A stretch of DNA of 63,769 nt, filler included, from Folioceros fuciformis (Eukaryota), in the NCBI GenBank assembly GCA_049999805.1. It is 6 parts of 6 records of this genome, joined end to end, with 100 filler letters (N's around TTAATTAATTAA, not from the genome) between each part and the next. Parts side by side here need not be neighbours in the genome. Positions count along the whole stretch, not along the records: positions 46,621 to 57,260 come from JBNGIO010001859.1; positions 57,361 to 59,413 come from JBNGIO010001861.1; 4 more parts are not named here. One strand, written 5' to 3'. Below the pieces are notes generated by a model. That model was not told where the DNA came from. It was given only the letters and a program-made list of their open reading frames with translations, and ran no database searches. This document shows, one piece after another, positions 47,007 through 59,513 of the stretch. Positions within the stretch are counted from its first letter, which is position 1; the number at the start of each line of letters is the position of its first letter. A program made the translations under genes and the position numbers.

Positions 47007-50000
47007 ATGTCGCGAGCGCATTGCCCCTACTGCGGGGCCACGGACGGGGGCCGGTGCGTGCCTGCCGGGAACGGGAGATTCACGACCGAGTGCCGCGCGT
47101 GCGGGCGGGTGACGGAGGAGCGGCTGACGGAGGTGGAAGAGCTGTTTGTGGAGCGAGCTCGGGAAGCTCCCCTGTGCATCGTCACTCCTGACTTCACCGA
47201 GGAGAAGTACCGGGCGCCGGCGCTGGAGGAGGACCCTTACGAGAGGATAGGATTCATCACGGCTTTCAGCACCTGGTCCTTGGATCTGGCCCCGCTCTAC
47301 GCCGTCACCAGCTCCAGTTTCTCGGGCCAATTGGCGGAGCTGGAGCGGGTGCTGTCGGATTTCCTCTACACGCCCGGGGGCGGGGGGCCGGGGGGTGGCA
47401 CATGCGCGCCAACGCCCGCCGGGGTGAGCGTCAACATGGTGGAGGCTCTGCGCGCGTACTATCAGATTGTGGATGTGACCTCTGTGTTGGGCCTGGAGAA
47501 GGATAGTTCCGACCATGCCGTCCAGCTCTTTAGGGATTGTTCCTCCACCACTTACTTGAGGAACCGGAACATCGAGGCCTTGGCCACGGCAGCGCTGGTG
47601 CAGGCCAGTCGGGAGGCGCAGGAGCCTCGCACGCTGCAGGTGCGAGGGGTTGTTGCTGAATTGCGGGCCTTCTGGTTGTGCGTCCACTCGCTCGCTCTGT
47701 TTGGTGAGAGTGGTGCAGGCACAGATTCTGGCCCCGTTGCTTGTGCGTGTGTGTAGGTTAGGGTTGTTATGGTTGCCTCATTGCTGCTTCTTTGTGCAGG
47801 AGATATCTGCAGCGGCTAACATACCGCAGAAGGAAATTGGACGGCATATGAAGGTCTTGTCAGATGCTTTGAAGCTGAGCCAGCCTGTCAACAGCAATTC
47901 CATATCGGTGCATATGCCACGATTCTGTGGCATTTTGCAGCTCACCAGGCCCGCACAGGTAATTCTCGACAGAAGAGAAGATGAAGCTGGGAAGGGGCCT
48001 GAAGCTCACCTGTTACAGATGCATGCTAAAGAGTCACTGTATATGGTTTTTCGTGGCACTGCTTTATTTGGTCAATGCCACTCAAAGAGATTATGTCAAG
48101 ATGACGTACGAGAATATGCGTGGATGCGGATTTTGGATTGTTTCCCTGACTCCCAATACGTTTACTCGCAGGAACTCGCAACGCACATCGGAGAGGTCGT
48201 GATCAACAAAAGTTTTTGCACCCGAAGAAATCCAATAAGCATCTCAGCTGCAGCCATCTATTTGGCTTGTCAGCTGGAAGACAAGCGCAAAACTCAGACT
48301 GAAATCTGCAAAGCGACTGGGCTGACGGAGGTTCGTTTTTCCCTGACACGCTGTCCGGGGTGAAGACTATAGGTGGTAGCATTTCTTTGTCCTCCAACCA
48401 ACTAATACTTTACATGGTCCATAATCCAGGTGACTCTACGCAAGGTGTACAAGGAGCTTATGGAGAATCTGGAGGACCTTTTGCCACCAGGCTACACACC
48501 AGCTGTCCCACCAGAGAAGGCATTTCCAGTGAGTGCTGCTGCTTTGGGCCGTGTCTGTGCAATTAGAGCTGCTGCTAATGCGCTTGGAGAGCATTCGGCA
48601 TCAACCAGCACCTATTCCTCTGGTGCAAACCTGATGAGCAATGCAACGTCTGGATTGGGAGGCACGGAGTGTAATGTTGGGGGGAGCATGGCTCTTTTGT
48701 CGCACCCGGCAAATCACGTGCGATCAGCATCCATGGCGACTGCAGGAAATATGTCTGGTGCAGGAGCTGGCGTGGTTCGAGTTTGTGGTCCCTCTGCCAT
48801 GGAGAGGAATCCTATGCATTTATTTGCAATGCCTGTATCGGCGTCTGTTCCGGGAAATGCAGGAGGTGGTGCTGATTCCCTGGACCAGCCAAGGCTTACC
48901 GATGCTGTAGTTAAAGAGTTGGCTGAGCGGGAGAAGGAGAGAGCTGAATCAGAACACGCACATGCGTTTGGAGGTCTCAAGATAATGCCTCCTGGCAAAC
49001 TCAATCTTAGCACAGCTGCTCCATCTGGCGCCCTTCCGTTCCGGCCTCCCTTCAACCACTATGCCAGCATAGACCCTAGGATACTGGAGATGTTCCCTGT
49101 GCCTGGCCCTTACGGCCTAGTGGGTATGCGCCCAGAAGATGCTACTCTGGGACGTAGCTTTGTGGACAAAGGGCGGGATGATAATGCAGCTCATATTGGA
49201 GTTGCATCTAAAGGAGCTCCGCAGTTTTTGAATCTGCTTCCAAGCATGGGTGATCAGGGAAACATTTGTGCTTTACCCCAAGGAGTGCAATTGAAACTTG
49301 CTCAGGTGATAAATGCTCGATCACTGGAAGCACCTGGTCGAGAAAGAGACCAGCAGCAGATCATGAGCTTTGACAGGGACACTGTTATGCTGGACTGTAA
49401 TGTAGACAGGGAAAGTAAGAGGGAAAGGTCGGATGCGGCCGCTTCCTCCAACACTGCAGCGGCACTTGCAGCAGCTGTTCGAGCATCAGCCCCGCCGAAC
49501 TTCCATGGAGGGTTTTGGCCAGCTCATAATCCTTCGTTTGGAGATTTCGGATCTAGAGTGCATGGCGCTCAATCAATCCATCAAGGGATGGATAAGCAGA
49601 TTGCTGCACCCACCGTCGGGGACAGAGTTGGTCAAGCATCTGGAAATCAAGTGAGCCAGAGTGTGCCGAATGGGTATCCTGTCAGCCATATGGGTTCCGA
49701 AGCATTTAAACAGTCTTCCAGTGTGGGGACCGATAAAGTCATTTTGGCTGAAGCCAGTGTACCTGCAGGTCATCCAAGTAGTCAGACAATTGTCAACATT
49801 CCAGCCGCTTCTGAGCCTTCTAGCCAACAGAAAGTGGTACCCTCTGTTTCACCTCCTGGTGTACGAGGGGAAGAGGTTGTTGATGGAGTTGGGGGGCCTA
49901 GCAAAGGAGACGGGGGGATTGGATTACAGAGCAATGTGCGTGAAGAGGAGAGTTCCTCATGTCCAGCTGAGTTTTCAGTGACAAATCCTCTTGATACAAG

Positions 50001-50292
50001 CTCTATGGCCTCCAAGGAAGCGAATGCTGTTGCGTGCACTAACAGCAGGGATATGGTTGACGGTGCCACTTCTGTGACAGTGTCAACTGAGCCCTTGCCC
50101 CTCAGTACAGATAGCATGGTTTCTGGAGAAGCTGAGACTGTAACTACATTGACTCCTGCCTCTGAGGAGAAAGGGGGTCATAGTGTGGACCAAAATCCTG
50201 CCACTGTTGCGGATGTTCCTGGATTCCAATCCAAACCAGAGAGCGACTCTTGCCCTCCTGCCTCCACATCCGTCAACGGAGGTTCCTCTTGA
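47007..50292 (+). CDS. PBRP1: Plant-specific TFIIB-related protein 1
   Basis: Exons approximately 47007-47639, 47800-47958, 48172-48330 and 48430-50292. Zn ribbon CPYC...ECRACGRV, GFITAFSTWSL, FSGQLAELER and cyclin repeats (NKSFCTRRNPISISAAAIYLACQLEDKRKTQ, VTLRKVYKELMEN). Confidence 0.93.
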
Positions 50293-50970
50293 CTTTTTTG
50301 ACCTTGGCCTGCTTGTGATGAACCTTGTCAGCATCAGAGTGCTTTACCTGTGAGGTAGGCAGGTGCTTGGGGACAAGCAGTTGTTTGAAGGTCTATTCCC
50401 ATCTCGGGGTGTATGCTTGGAGATTTTGTCAGGGCTTGCAAGCTCTTTGGTAAAGCTTATGCTTATGCGGTCAGATAATTTGGAGGAACGGGAGGGAGAT
50501 TTGGTGTACGTGGTGTTACGCATTTGCGGAGGATCCAAAGTTGAAGCCAAGAGGTGATTTTGAGAATCTCTTTTACCTGTAAAACTTAAGTTGTAGTCCG
50601 AGTTGTGAAGCAATGAGTCAAGCTGATCCTGACCAAGTCTCGTTCGTTTGGGAAATGCAGGTAGACGGTGGGAAGTGAGTTTTGGTGTGGGGATGCTTTG
50701 ACGAAGAGTGGCTCACCCATGCAGGTTGTGCAAGTAAAACATTTTTTCCGCTTAGCAGCATATATATGTATCAGGGTCGAACTTGACGGACTTGATGGTG
50801 GGTCTTCATAGGAGGGTTTCCCAAGAACGTACATGCCAACTGTATGCGCAAAGGAGGCGTGTTGGCAAATGATAAGTGGAACTGACAACCACTGCCGCCA
50901 GGTGTAGGGTCTGCGACTTTGAGGTTGGTGCCAGCCAGCTAGGCTATTGGGGCTCAGCTCCTCCCAGTGT

Positions 50971-51300
50971 TCAGTATTTCAACGCTCGTTCAAATATTGA
51001 GCTGGGGGATGACGTATTGGATGTGAGAGCAATCCGTTCTCTGTACTGCCTGGCCACCCACATGGAGAAGGCCAGCATGCGCGCAACTTCCCTGCCAACC
51101 AGAACGTTCTTGTGTACACCTGTGGGCAGGGGAATTTTGCCAGATGCCAGAGTCACGGGCTTTCCTCCAGACCTCTGTTATCTCACAGTGTCGCATTCTG
51201 TAACAAGTGTCCCCCGTCAGTCTGCCGTTGGACAACGCTGTGCAGGTGGCGATAAGGTGCGTAATGGACTCGACCACCGGTTCGTCACAGCAGGTGCCAG
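50971..51300 (-). mobile_element. Probable 3' relic of a LINE ORF2 (zf-RVT-like region)
   Basis: Minus strand GTCCDEPVVESITHLIATC matches the C..C....ES..HL...C knuckle pattern. In a shifted frame it is followed by LAFSMWVARQ (W..R-type motif). Short and degenerate. Confidence 0.45.
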
Positions 51301-51370
51301 AGTCCTTTTTTTAGTAGAATACCATGCATTATGAAAACCTGTATCTGTGATATGAGTTACCTGTCTTTTT

Positions 51371-51884
51371 CTAAAAGGCGTATGTCTCGTAGCGTAGATA
51401 GCAAGCGGTGTGGGAGAGGTGTGCGCCTATCGCATGGTAGCATCTGTCCCAGATCTCGTCTCCGAGAAGTCTGCATATTATTTCTTAGTGCGTATTAGAG
51501 CACTGAAAACCAGCGTGAATTACGTGATCGAGACCTTGACCAGTTCTCCTCCGTAAACATGGGATTCTTAGAGTTCTTTTACTTACTTCAAACATTCGTC
51601 ACACTCTTGTTCCGGATCACAGCACCAAGGCACTTCCCCTCCACAAAGATCTCGGAGTCATGGGGTCCGCCCTGGATGCTCTTAAACGGGTTGCCATTGT
51701 AGCGGGGTGCCTGGATTAAGACCTCGCCGATCCCTGTCTGAAGGGGCCCGTGAAATCCTCCAGGGGCGTATTCATACTTACAAGTTGCAATGGACAGAGA
51801 CTCATCCATAGACATCACTTGTGATAAGAGAGAAACGACCATCAACGCCAAGAGCACCGCTGAACATGAATGGAAATGCAACAT
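51371..51884 (-). pseudogene. Ginkbilobin-2-like single-DUF26 secreted cysteine-rich protein with one frameshift
   Basis: Signal peptide MLHFHSCSAVLLALMVVSLLSQVMS, then ...IFVEGKC, a frameshift at ~51618, then DPEQECDECLK. GTAAGT..TGCAG intron at 51586-51471. Exon 2 reads LLGDEIWDRCYHAIGAHLSHTACYLRYETYAF*. All six DUF26 cysteines are recoverable. Confidence 0.82.
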
Positions 51885-52789
51885 CCCGTCTGCTTCGTTG
51901 TTCCAGGATGCAAAAAAATGAAAGAGGAAGGGGAAGGATTGCTGGTGCAATCACCGCAACGCAAGATGCCAATGCCCGTTTGACACGGAGCAGGGAGAGG
52001 GAGAGGGAGTCTCTAAGGTCTCCAGAAGAGATAGGGAAGGGCTGGGAGGCACTGCGCTGGTTGCGAGAAACGAAGCGGTGCGTGAGGGCCAAGAAATTGA
52101 ATGGGGAACGTGGAGGGCAAGCAAAGGCTCGTACTTGGGGCCAATGCAGATGGCGTGCATGCTACCGACAGCGGAAGTCGGGCACCGCCAGTTTGGCGGA
52201 GTGCAACTGACAGTGAGGGCAGGTGGAAGCGGAACAGGTCTAGGGAGCACCGGCCGACGGTGGTCGGCGCCTGCCCTAAAACGGCCAGGCAGAATGCAGC
52301 GGTAGCGAGACGTTGCCTCCCGTTTGTTGAAACCCGTGGGCTCAAACGGAACCCCACGCTCCCAGCTTGCCCTAAGAGGAAAGAAGGGACACATTCTAGG
52401 TCATTTCTTCGCGGCTCATTGTCGTCCGATTGAGGATCGGACGGTGTAGCCGCGCCAGCCTAGCCCTCGGCCGCCTCCTTGACAAGGTTAAGAGGTGGAC
52501 GATCGACTCAGTTGCTCCTTCGACGCTCGCCCTCCTCACGAGCAGCTCGCCTGCCCTGCCGCCTTGCGCCTTCCTCTGCCTCCGGCCTGCGTCTTGAGGT
52601 CTCCTTGCCGCTCCCGTCTTCCCCGCTGCCTGGTGCTTCTCTTGTGCTTGCGCCTCTGTAGTGCTCTTCTGGCTGAGCGCCATTGTGTGTCAGTGCCGCC
52701 GCCTGGCTGCTGCTGGTGTAGAGTGTGGTGTGTGCTGGGGTTTGCTCGTGGAAGGGTTTGTAGATCTGCTCTTCGGCGCGTCTTTCTAA

Positions 52790-54365
<1,576 letters not shown>

Positions 54366-55160
54366 CTTGAGACTTCCCTTATGCTTCCGTTCGCAGAGCG
54401 TGCCCCTGGCACCACAGTTTTGCTTCTTGTTTGTTCTTTGCATGTTCGGATGTTGTTGGCCCGTCAAAGGCAAACTTGGGTGCTCGACAGACGGTGGCGG
54501 GGCTTATTAGCATCGGAATTGCGTTTGCCTTTCGTTATGCGTTATGTATGGCCTGGCTTGTGTTGATCCACAGAGTGGTAGAAGTGGATGTCTTCAGAGG
54601 ATCTCTGATTAGCATTTCATTGTCGGAGACTTGGTTTCACAGTAATTGAACAAGCAGCCTTACGAAGTTTTGACTACTCGTAGGTTAGGGTCGGAAGTTT
54701 GTAATCCAGAATTTTTCGCTGAGCGTGTGGGCCTTGGGTAAGGGTATTCACCGGAGGCCAGTCTGAGCTACGCTATTGTGAGACTGTTGACAATGTAACC
54801 TTTAGTTGTTATCGGTCCTGGCGAAGTCGTACGCAAAGGTTACATGTCTACTTGTGAAGACCACTGATAGTGGCTGGTGACCGACCGTGTGTCACCACGA
54901 GTATGCACCTCCGTCCTCCCGCAGCATCTGCGCACGTTCCAGGATGTGGAGCGTAGTCCTTCCCTTTCTTTCTGCCTTTATCTCAGCCTCGAAAGTGGGT
55001 GCATGTCAAGCAAGTTGTGTGGTAGAAAAGATGGCCATGGTGGACTCGTTCTGCGCCAACATGGCGACACAGCTTAACTCAGTTCGGCTCGCAATCGTTG
55101 CTCCCAACGGACAATGGCAGAATAAAGCGTGGATTGGAGGACAGATGCTGGAAAATGTTT

Positions 55161-57260
55161 TCATTCTCTCGTGCACGATTCGAGAGAGAAAGAGCGAAGA
55201 GGTACAGTAAGTGGACTAGATCCGCAGCTATGGCCACGCCTCCTCAAGCTCTCCAGGATGGCTGTGGCAGCAACAACGCTGGGTCTAATCCCCGGTCTCC
55301 TCTCCGACGAAGCTAGCATGGGCAGCACGCGGTCAGCAGCTTCCCTCTGCGTCTCCCTGAAGCCATCACACGTGAGTGCTTGCCTGCACACAAGGAGCAA
55401 CGAGTAAGCAGCAGCCTGGTGACGTCAGGAGCCATGCTTATGGTGCGTGACTTGTCACCAGGGCCAGGGGAGACCTGGCCATTCCACACACCTACCTTAG
55501 AAAGTAGACGAGGTTTTCCGGGGAGCAGCGGGAGAAGAGAGCTTCTGGCAGGACAGCCGTGTCCAACATGACATTGGGCACAGACATGTAGCGGAGCTTT
55601 GTTCGAGCCAGAATCACCTGCTCCGTGATCACATTGCTGCGGTAGGCAACCACCGCGGGCAGCCGTGCCATCTGCATTTGGAGTACTGCTGTTCCGGATG
55701 TGCACAATGCCGCACTGCTGGCCTGGTCACCACACGGGGATGGGAGCAGAGGAGTGAGCGAGGGCGAGGTACGGCATACAGGGTGATGGATGGGGAGGTG
55801 CACCATCCACATCCACGCACACGGTGAGGCACTTACAGCGAATGAATTGTACTTCTGGGATTGGGAGGCTCCCGGGAGTAGAATTGTCGGGACGTCCCAC
55901 CCCCTCACCATATCCTGCACTGTTCTTGTCACCTGGTCGCTGGGCACGGTTGGGATGACGGCTCTCACGTTTGGCATGCTCTTCTTCAACAAGCCAAGAG
56001 TCCTTTGGAAGATGGGAAGCATTCGCTTCACTTCCTGCAGTCGGCTGCCCGGGAGTACGCTGATCAAAGTCGCATCTGCCATCACAAGCGAATGAATTAT
56101 TCCGCACGACATGACAGGCAGGCAGGTACCGAGGGCGGGGCAGATACCTTGCGTGCGCCAGGAGCAGAGACATGGACGAAAACTCACCTGAAGGCAGGCC
56201 GTGTTCTTCCCGAAAGGCGGCACCATCGCCCCGGATGAACCACTTCTCCAGGTCCAGGTCCAGGTCCGAATCACCCTCCCTCTGCATTGCCTTGCATCGT
56301 CAGAATTTCAACGCCTCCGCGCTGAATAACCAGCACGGCAGCAAAAGAACAGCATCACACAACATTGCTGCTCTCCGTCGGAAACGCCGTGGGGCATGCA
56401 ATGAACGCTGTGAACGGAGACTGGAAACAGAAGAAAGGTACCAGTGGTTCCATACAGCTGAGTTATGATCGAAGGCATCCTCAAGAACCGGATGGCCCAC
56501 GAACGTGGCGTCCACTCCATGAGCTTTACAAACCTCGTTCTCGAACGGCAGTACGCAGAGCACATGGTCCACAAACGAACCCAACTTCCCCAACTTCTCC
56601 TCCCCTCCCTTCCAGGCCCAGAACGAAGGTGCGACATAATGCACAGCCAGCGGCCGGTCACGCCCCGCTTTCACACACGCATCTGGGAACCATCACCACC
56701 ACCACCACCACGGAATTCACCAGTCTCTGTCACGAGAAGCAAGACCCACCCAATCACCGCACCCCAATCCCACCTCTGATGGCCTCCAGGAGGCGGAAAC
56801 AGAAACCCTTGGAGTCGATGGTGACCACGACGTGAGGCTGGAAGTCCTGAGCTGCCTTCACAGTCTGCTTCAACCGTCTCTGCGACACAAGCACACCGTC
56901 ACATGCCTTGCCGCACCCAGTGAAGCCACTCCGCCCCAGCTACAAAACCGTGCACGCACCCGCAGAGTGAACAAATGCGGCACAAGCTCCAGAATTCCCA
57001 TCACGCTCAGGTCCTCCATGTCGAACTCGGAGTCCAGTCCTTCCCTTCTCATGACCTCCCTGCACCCGCGCAAACTCACCCGCCAAGCCCGTCACGATTG
57101 GCCCGACACCACCCCACCGGCCTGGGGGACCGGCAGCGCACGCGCCAGCAGTGGGACTGAAGTCATACATTCATCACGCCCGCTGCCCCGGTTCGCACAT
57201 ACCCGCCCACTCCGGCAAACTTGACGCGCTTGGGAGACACTGTGTTGAGCGCAGCCATGA
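55161..57260 (-). CDS. LpxB: Lipid-A-disaccharide synthase (plant type), 5' end cut by the contig gap
   Basis: VKFAGVGG, EDLSVMGILELVPHL, PHVVVTIDSKGF, HYVAPSFWAWKGG, CVLPFE, FVGHP, SVLPGSRLQEV, CTSGTA and SVPNVMLD...PEAL. Confidence 0.93.
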
Positions 57261-57360
57261 NNNNNNNNNNNNNNNNNNNNNNNNNNNNNNNNNNNNNNNN
57301 NNNNTTAATTAATTAANNNNNNNNNNNNNNNNNNNNNNNNNNNNNNNNNNNNNNNNNNNN
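57261..57360. other. Artificial contig-join linker
   Basis: N44-TTAATTAATTAA-N44. Confidence 0.97.
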
Positions 57361-57552
57361 CTGTAGTGGTGGGCCGGGGTCGTCCCGTTCCGTCCCGTCC
57401 CGTCCTTGTGCCAACTTCTGATCCCCGCTGCCTGGCCGCTCGGTGGTCGGTTCTTGCTTGTAGGGGGGTGAGGGTTAAACCGGGGACGGGGCCCCAAGGG
57501 AGGGAGAGCGGTCGCAAGTCCCGAGGACCGGTCGCCCGTGCTTAAGCGGGCA

Positions 57553-57680
57553 TGGGAAAAAGTAAAAGGGAGAAGGGAAAAATAAAAAAACAAAGGAAAG
57601 GGAAAGAGAAAGAGAACGAGAAAGAGAACGAGAAAGAGAAAGGGAAAGGGAAAGGGCCTTCAAGGGGAAGAAGCGAAGGG
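57553..57680 (+). repeat. Polypurine (GA-rich) low-complexity tract
   Basis: gggaaagagaaagagaacgagaaagagaacgagaaagagaaagggaaagggaaaggg and purine-rich flanks. Confidence 0.8.
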
Positions 57681-57953
57681 AGCGTGGCAGGCCCCGAAGC
57701 CTTTCGTCGCCCACACAGCGCAGAGGCACACTGTGCTCCGCTGGGGCTGCTGTCCTGCTGTCATTGGTCTGTCAAGCAGCAACCCCCTTTTCCCACCTTA
57801 CGCACCTGCCATTTTCTATGCTTTTCATGGGGAAAGCGATGGCCTGCGGGTCTGGTGTTGTGGTGTATGCCACCTCCATGGTTTGCTTTGCGTTTGCGTT
57901 GCTGCCAAACTAGTGTGCTCCATCCACCTCGTTAGGTAGTACTACACGCTTTG

Positions 57954-58660
57954 TGTTGGATTGGATGGAACACGCGTTCCGGCTTCACCCAACACCCAAG
58001 GTAATCTTCTCCAACCATCCTTCCCAAATGAGAGAAGTTTACTACGCCCTAGTAAGGTAACACTTTATGGCACTCCAACCAACCCACAAACACACTCTTG
58101 TCATACCACTACCTCTCTTACTTACTTAGATGTCTTTGATAGCAGCACTTGCACTCACGGGCCAATGAGTGAGTGAGTGGTAAGCAAAGTGTTTGAACTG
58201 GAATCTTGGTCCAACTCTACTTCAATGAATCATACCCTTTCCCTTTATAATGCAAGGGAGGAAAGATGGTGGGAAGAAGAGGGAAGGCTTGAATTGATCA
58301 ATCACTTTCATCAAGTAGAGCACACTTCAACAAAAATGTACTACATCTTTACAACTTGAGTATGAGCATGAGTTGATTTTCACTTCCCAAATCAAACACA
58401 TTGTCATGCAAACATGCAAATGTGGTACTTGACGAGGAACATAATGTGGGTATCCAGCTACACACTCGGATCCTAGGTCAAGTGTGGACGTTTTATGGGT
58501 GGTAGGTATTTGTTGGTGTATGTACTACTATGATCACATGCACAAATGTACGATTCTTCAATTTTTGACTATGCACAATCTTGAGTACTCGTGAGTGGAC
58601 AACAACTTCGTGTCCTATGCTTTTGAGGCTTGCTTCATCCTTGTGTGAGTCCTTCTAGCA
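57954..58660. mobile_element. Possible LTR or LTR relic
   Basis: Begins TGTTGGA and ends TCTAGCA (imperfect inverted termini), is non-coding and has LTR-like composition. No target-site duplication was found. Confidence 0.25.
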
Positions 58661-59413
58661 TGTGCATGACAACCTAATTGGATTGTCACGGTCCGTTGAT
58701 GTTTTGTATGCGGGTTCCTTTGTTTGATATCTATGCAAGTGGATATTGAACTTAGATAGGTCCATGTTCACTAGACATGGGAGAAAGGGAGCCCATGTTT
58801 TGTAATCCAGATTTGTATGTTTGTGGTTATTCATCATTGAAGGTGCACATGTTTCCCTCGAGCTCCTTGCAGCAGCAGCAATCACATAGGTGAGATGCAT
58901 TCGTGTCATTTCTTGTACTTAGTAGGTATGCACATGGGGAAGTGGGTTAGAAGACTAGTGTGACTTGAGACCTCCTTTTATAAAGTGTACGTAAATTTGA
59001 GCTTGAAACATGGTTGTTCTAAGGAGGAAAAAGTAGGGTCCACTTGAAGTGCTCATATAAGGGAGTGGAACGTGAATGCAAAACCACCCAGGACTCCTCC
59101 TTCTGCCAGGTGGCCTGGCCTGATGGATCTGACATGAAGCATTGCAATGAAACTATACCTGGCAAGTGATACTTCTAAAATAAGACATGACATGCATTCA
59201 ACTGGCATTTGTTTACTCCATTCAACTCCCATTTATTTACTTCATTGATCTCCCATTTGTTTACTCTGGTCTGTGTACTATGGTGCGGGTGCATGCAATA
59301 CAAGCTGGGGGTGACAACCTATGCAAGCCAGGCAAGCGTGGCCAGGAGGTACAGCAAACAAGTGATAATAAAGAGAAGGGGATCCTATGCTACGCTCCAG
59401 CGATGACCAGGGC

Positions 59414-59513
59414 NNNNNNNNNNNNNNNNNNNNNNNNNNNNNNNNNNNNNNNNNNNNTTAATTAATTAANNNNNNNNNNNNNNNNNNNNNNNNNNNNNNN
59501 NNNNNNNNNNNNN
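59414..59513. other. Artificial contig-join linker
   Basis: N44-TTAATTAATTAA-N44. Confidence 0.97.

Noticed and set aside
47959-48171. In-frame stop-free introns (pBRP1 213 nt; also the last INTS6, TBC and LpxB introns) as exitrons
   Set aside because: With over 100 short GC-rich introns several are expected by chance, and retention would disrupt conserved domains.
55161-57260. LpxB as bacterial contamination or a novel transfer
   Set aside because: It has spliceosomal introns, and nuclear lipid-A pathway genes are known in plants.
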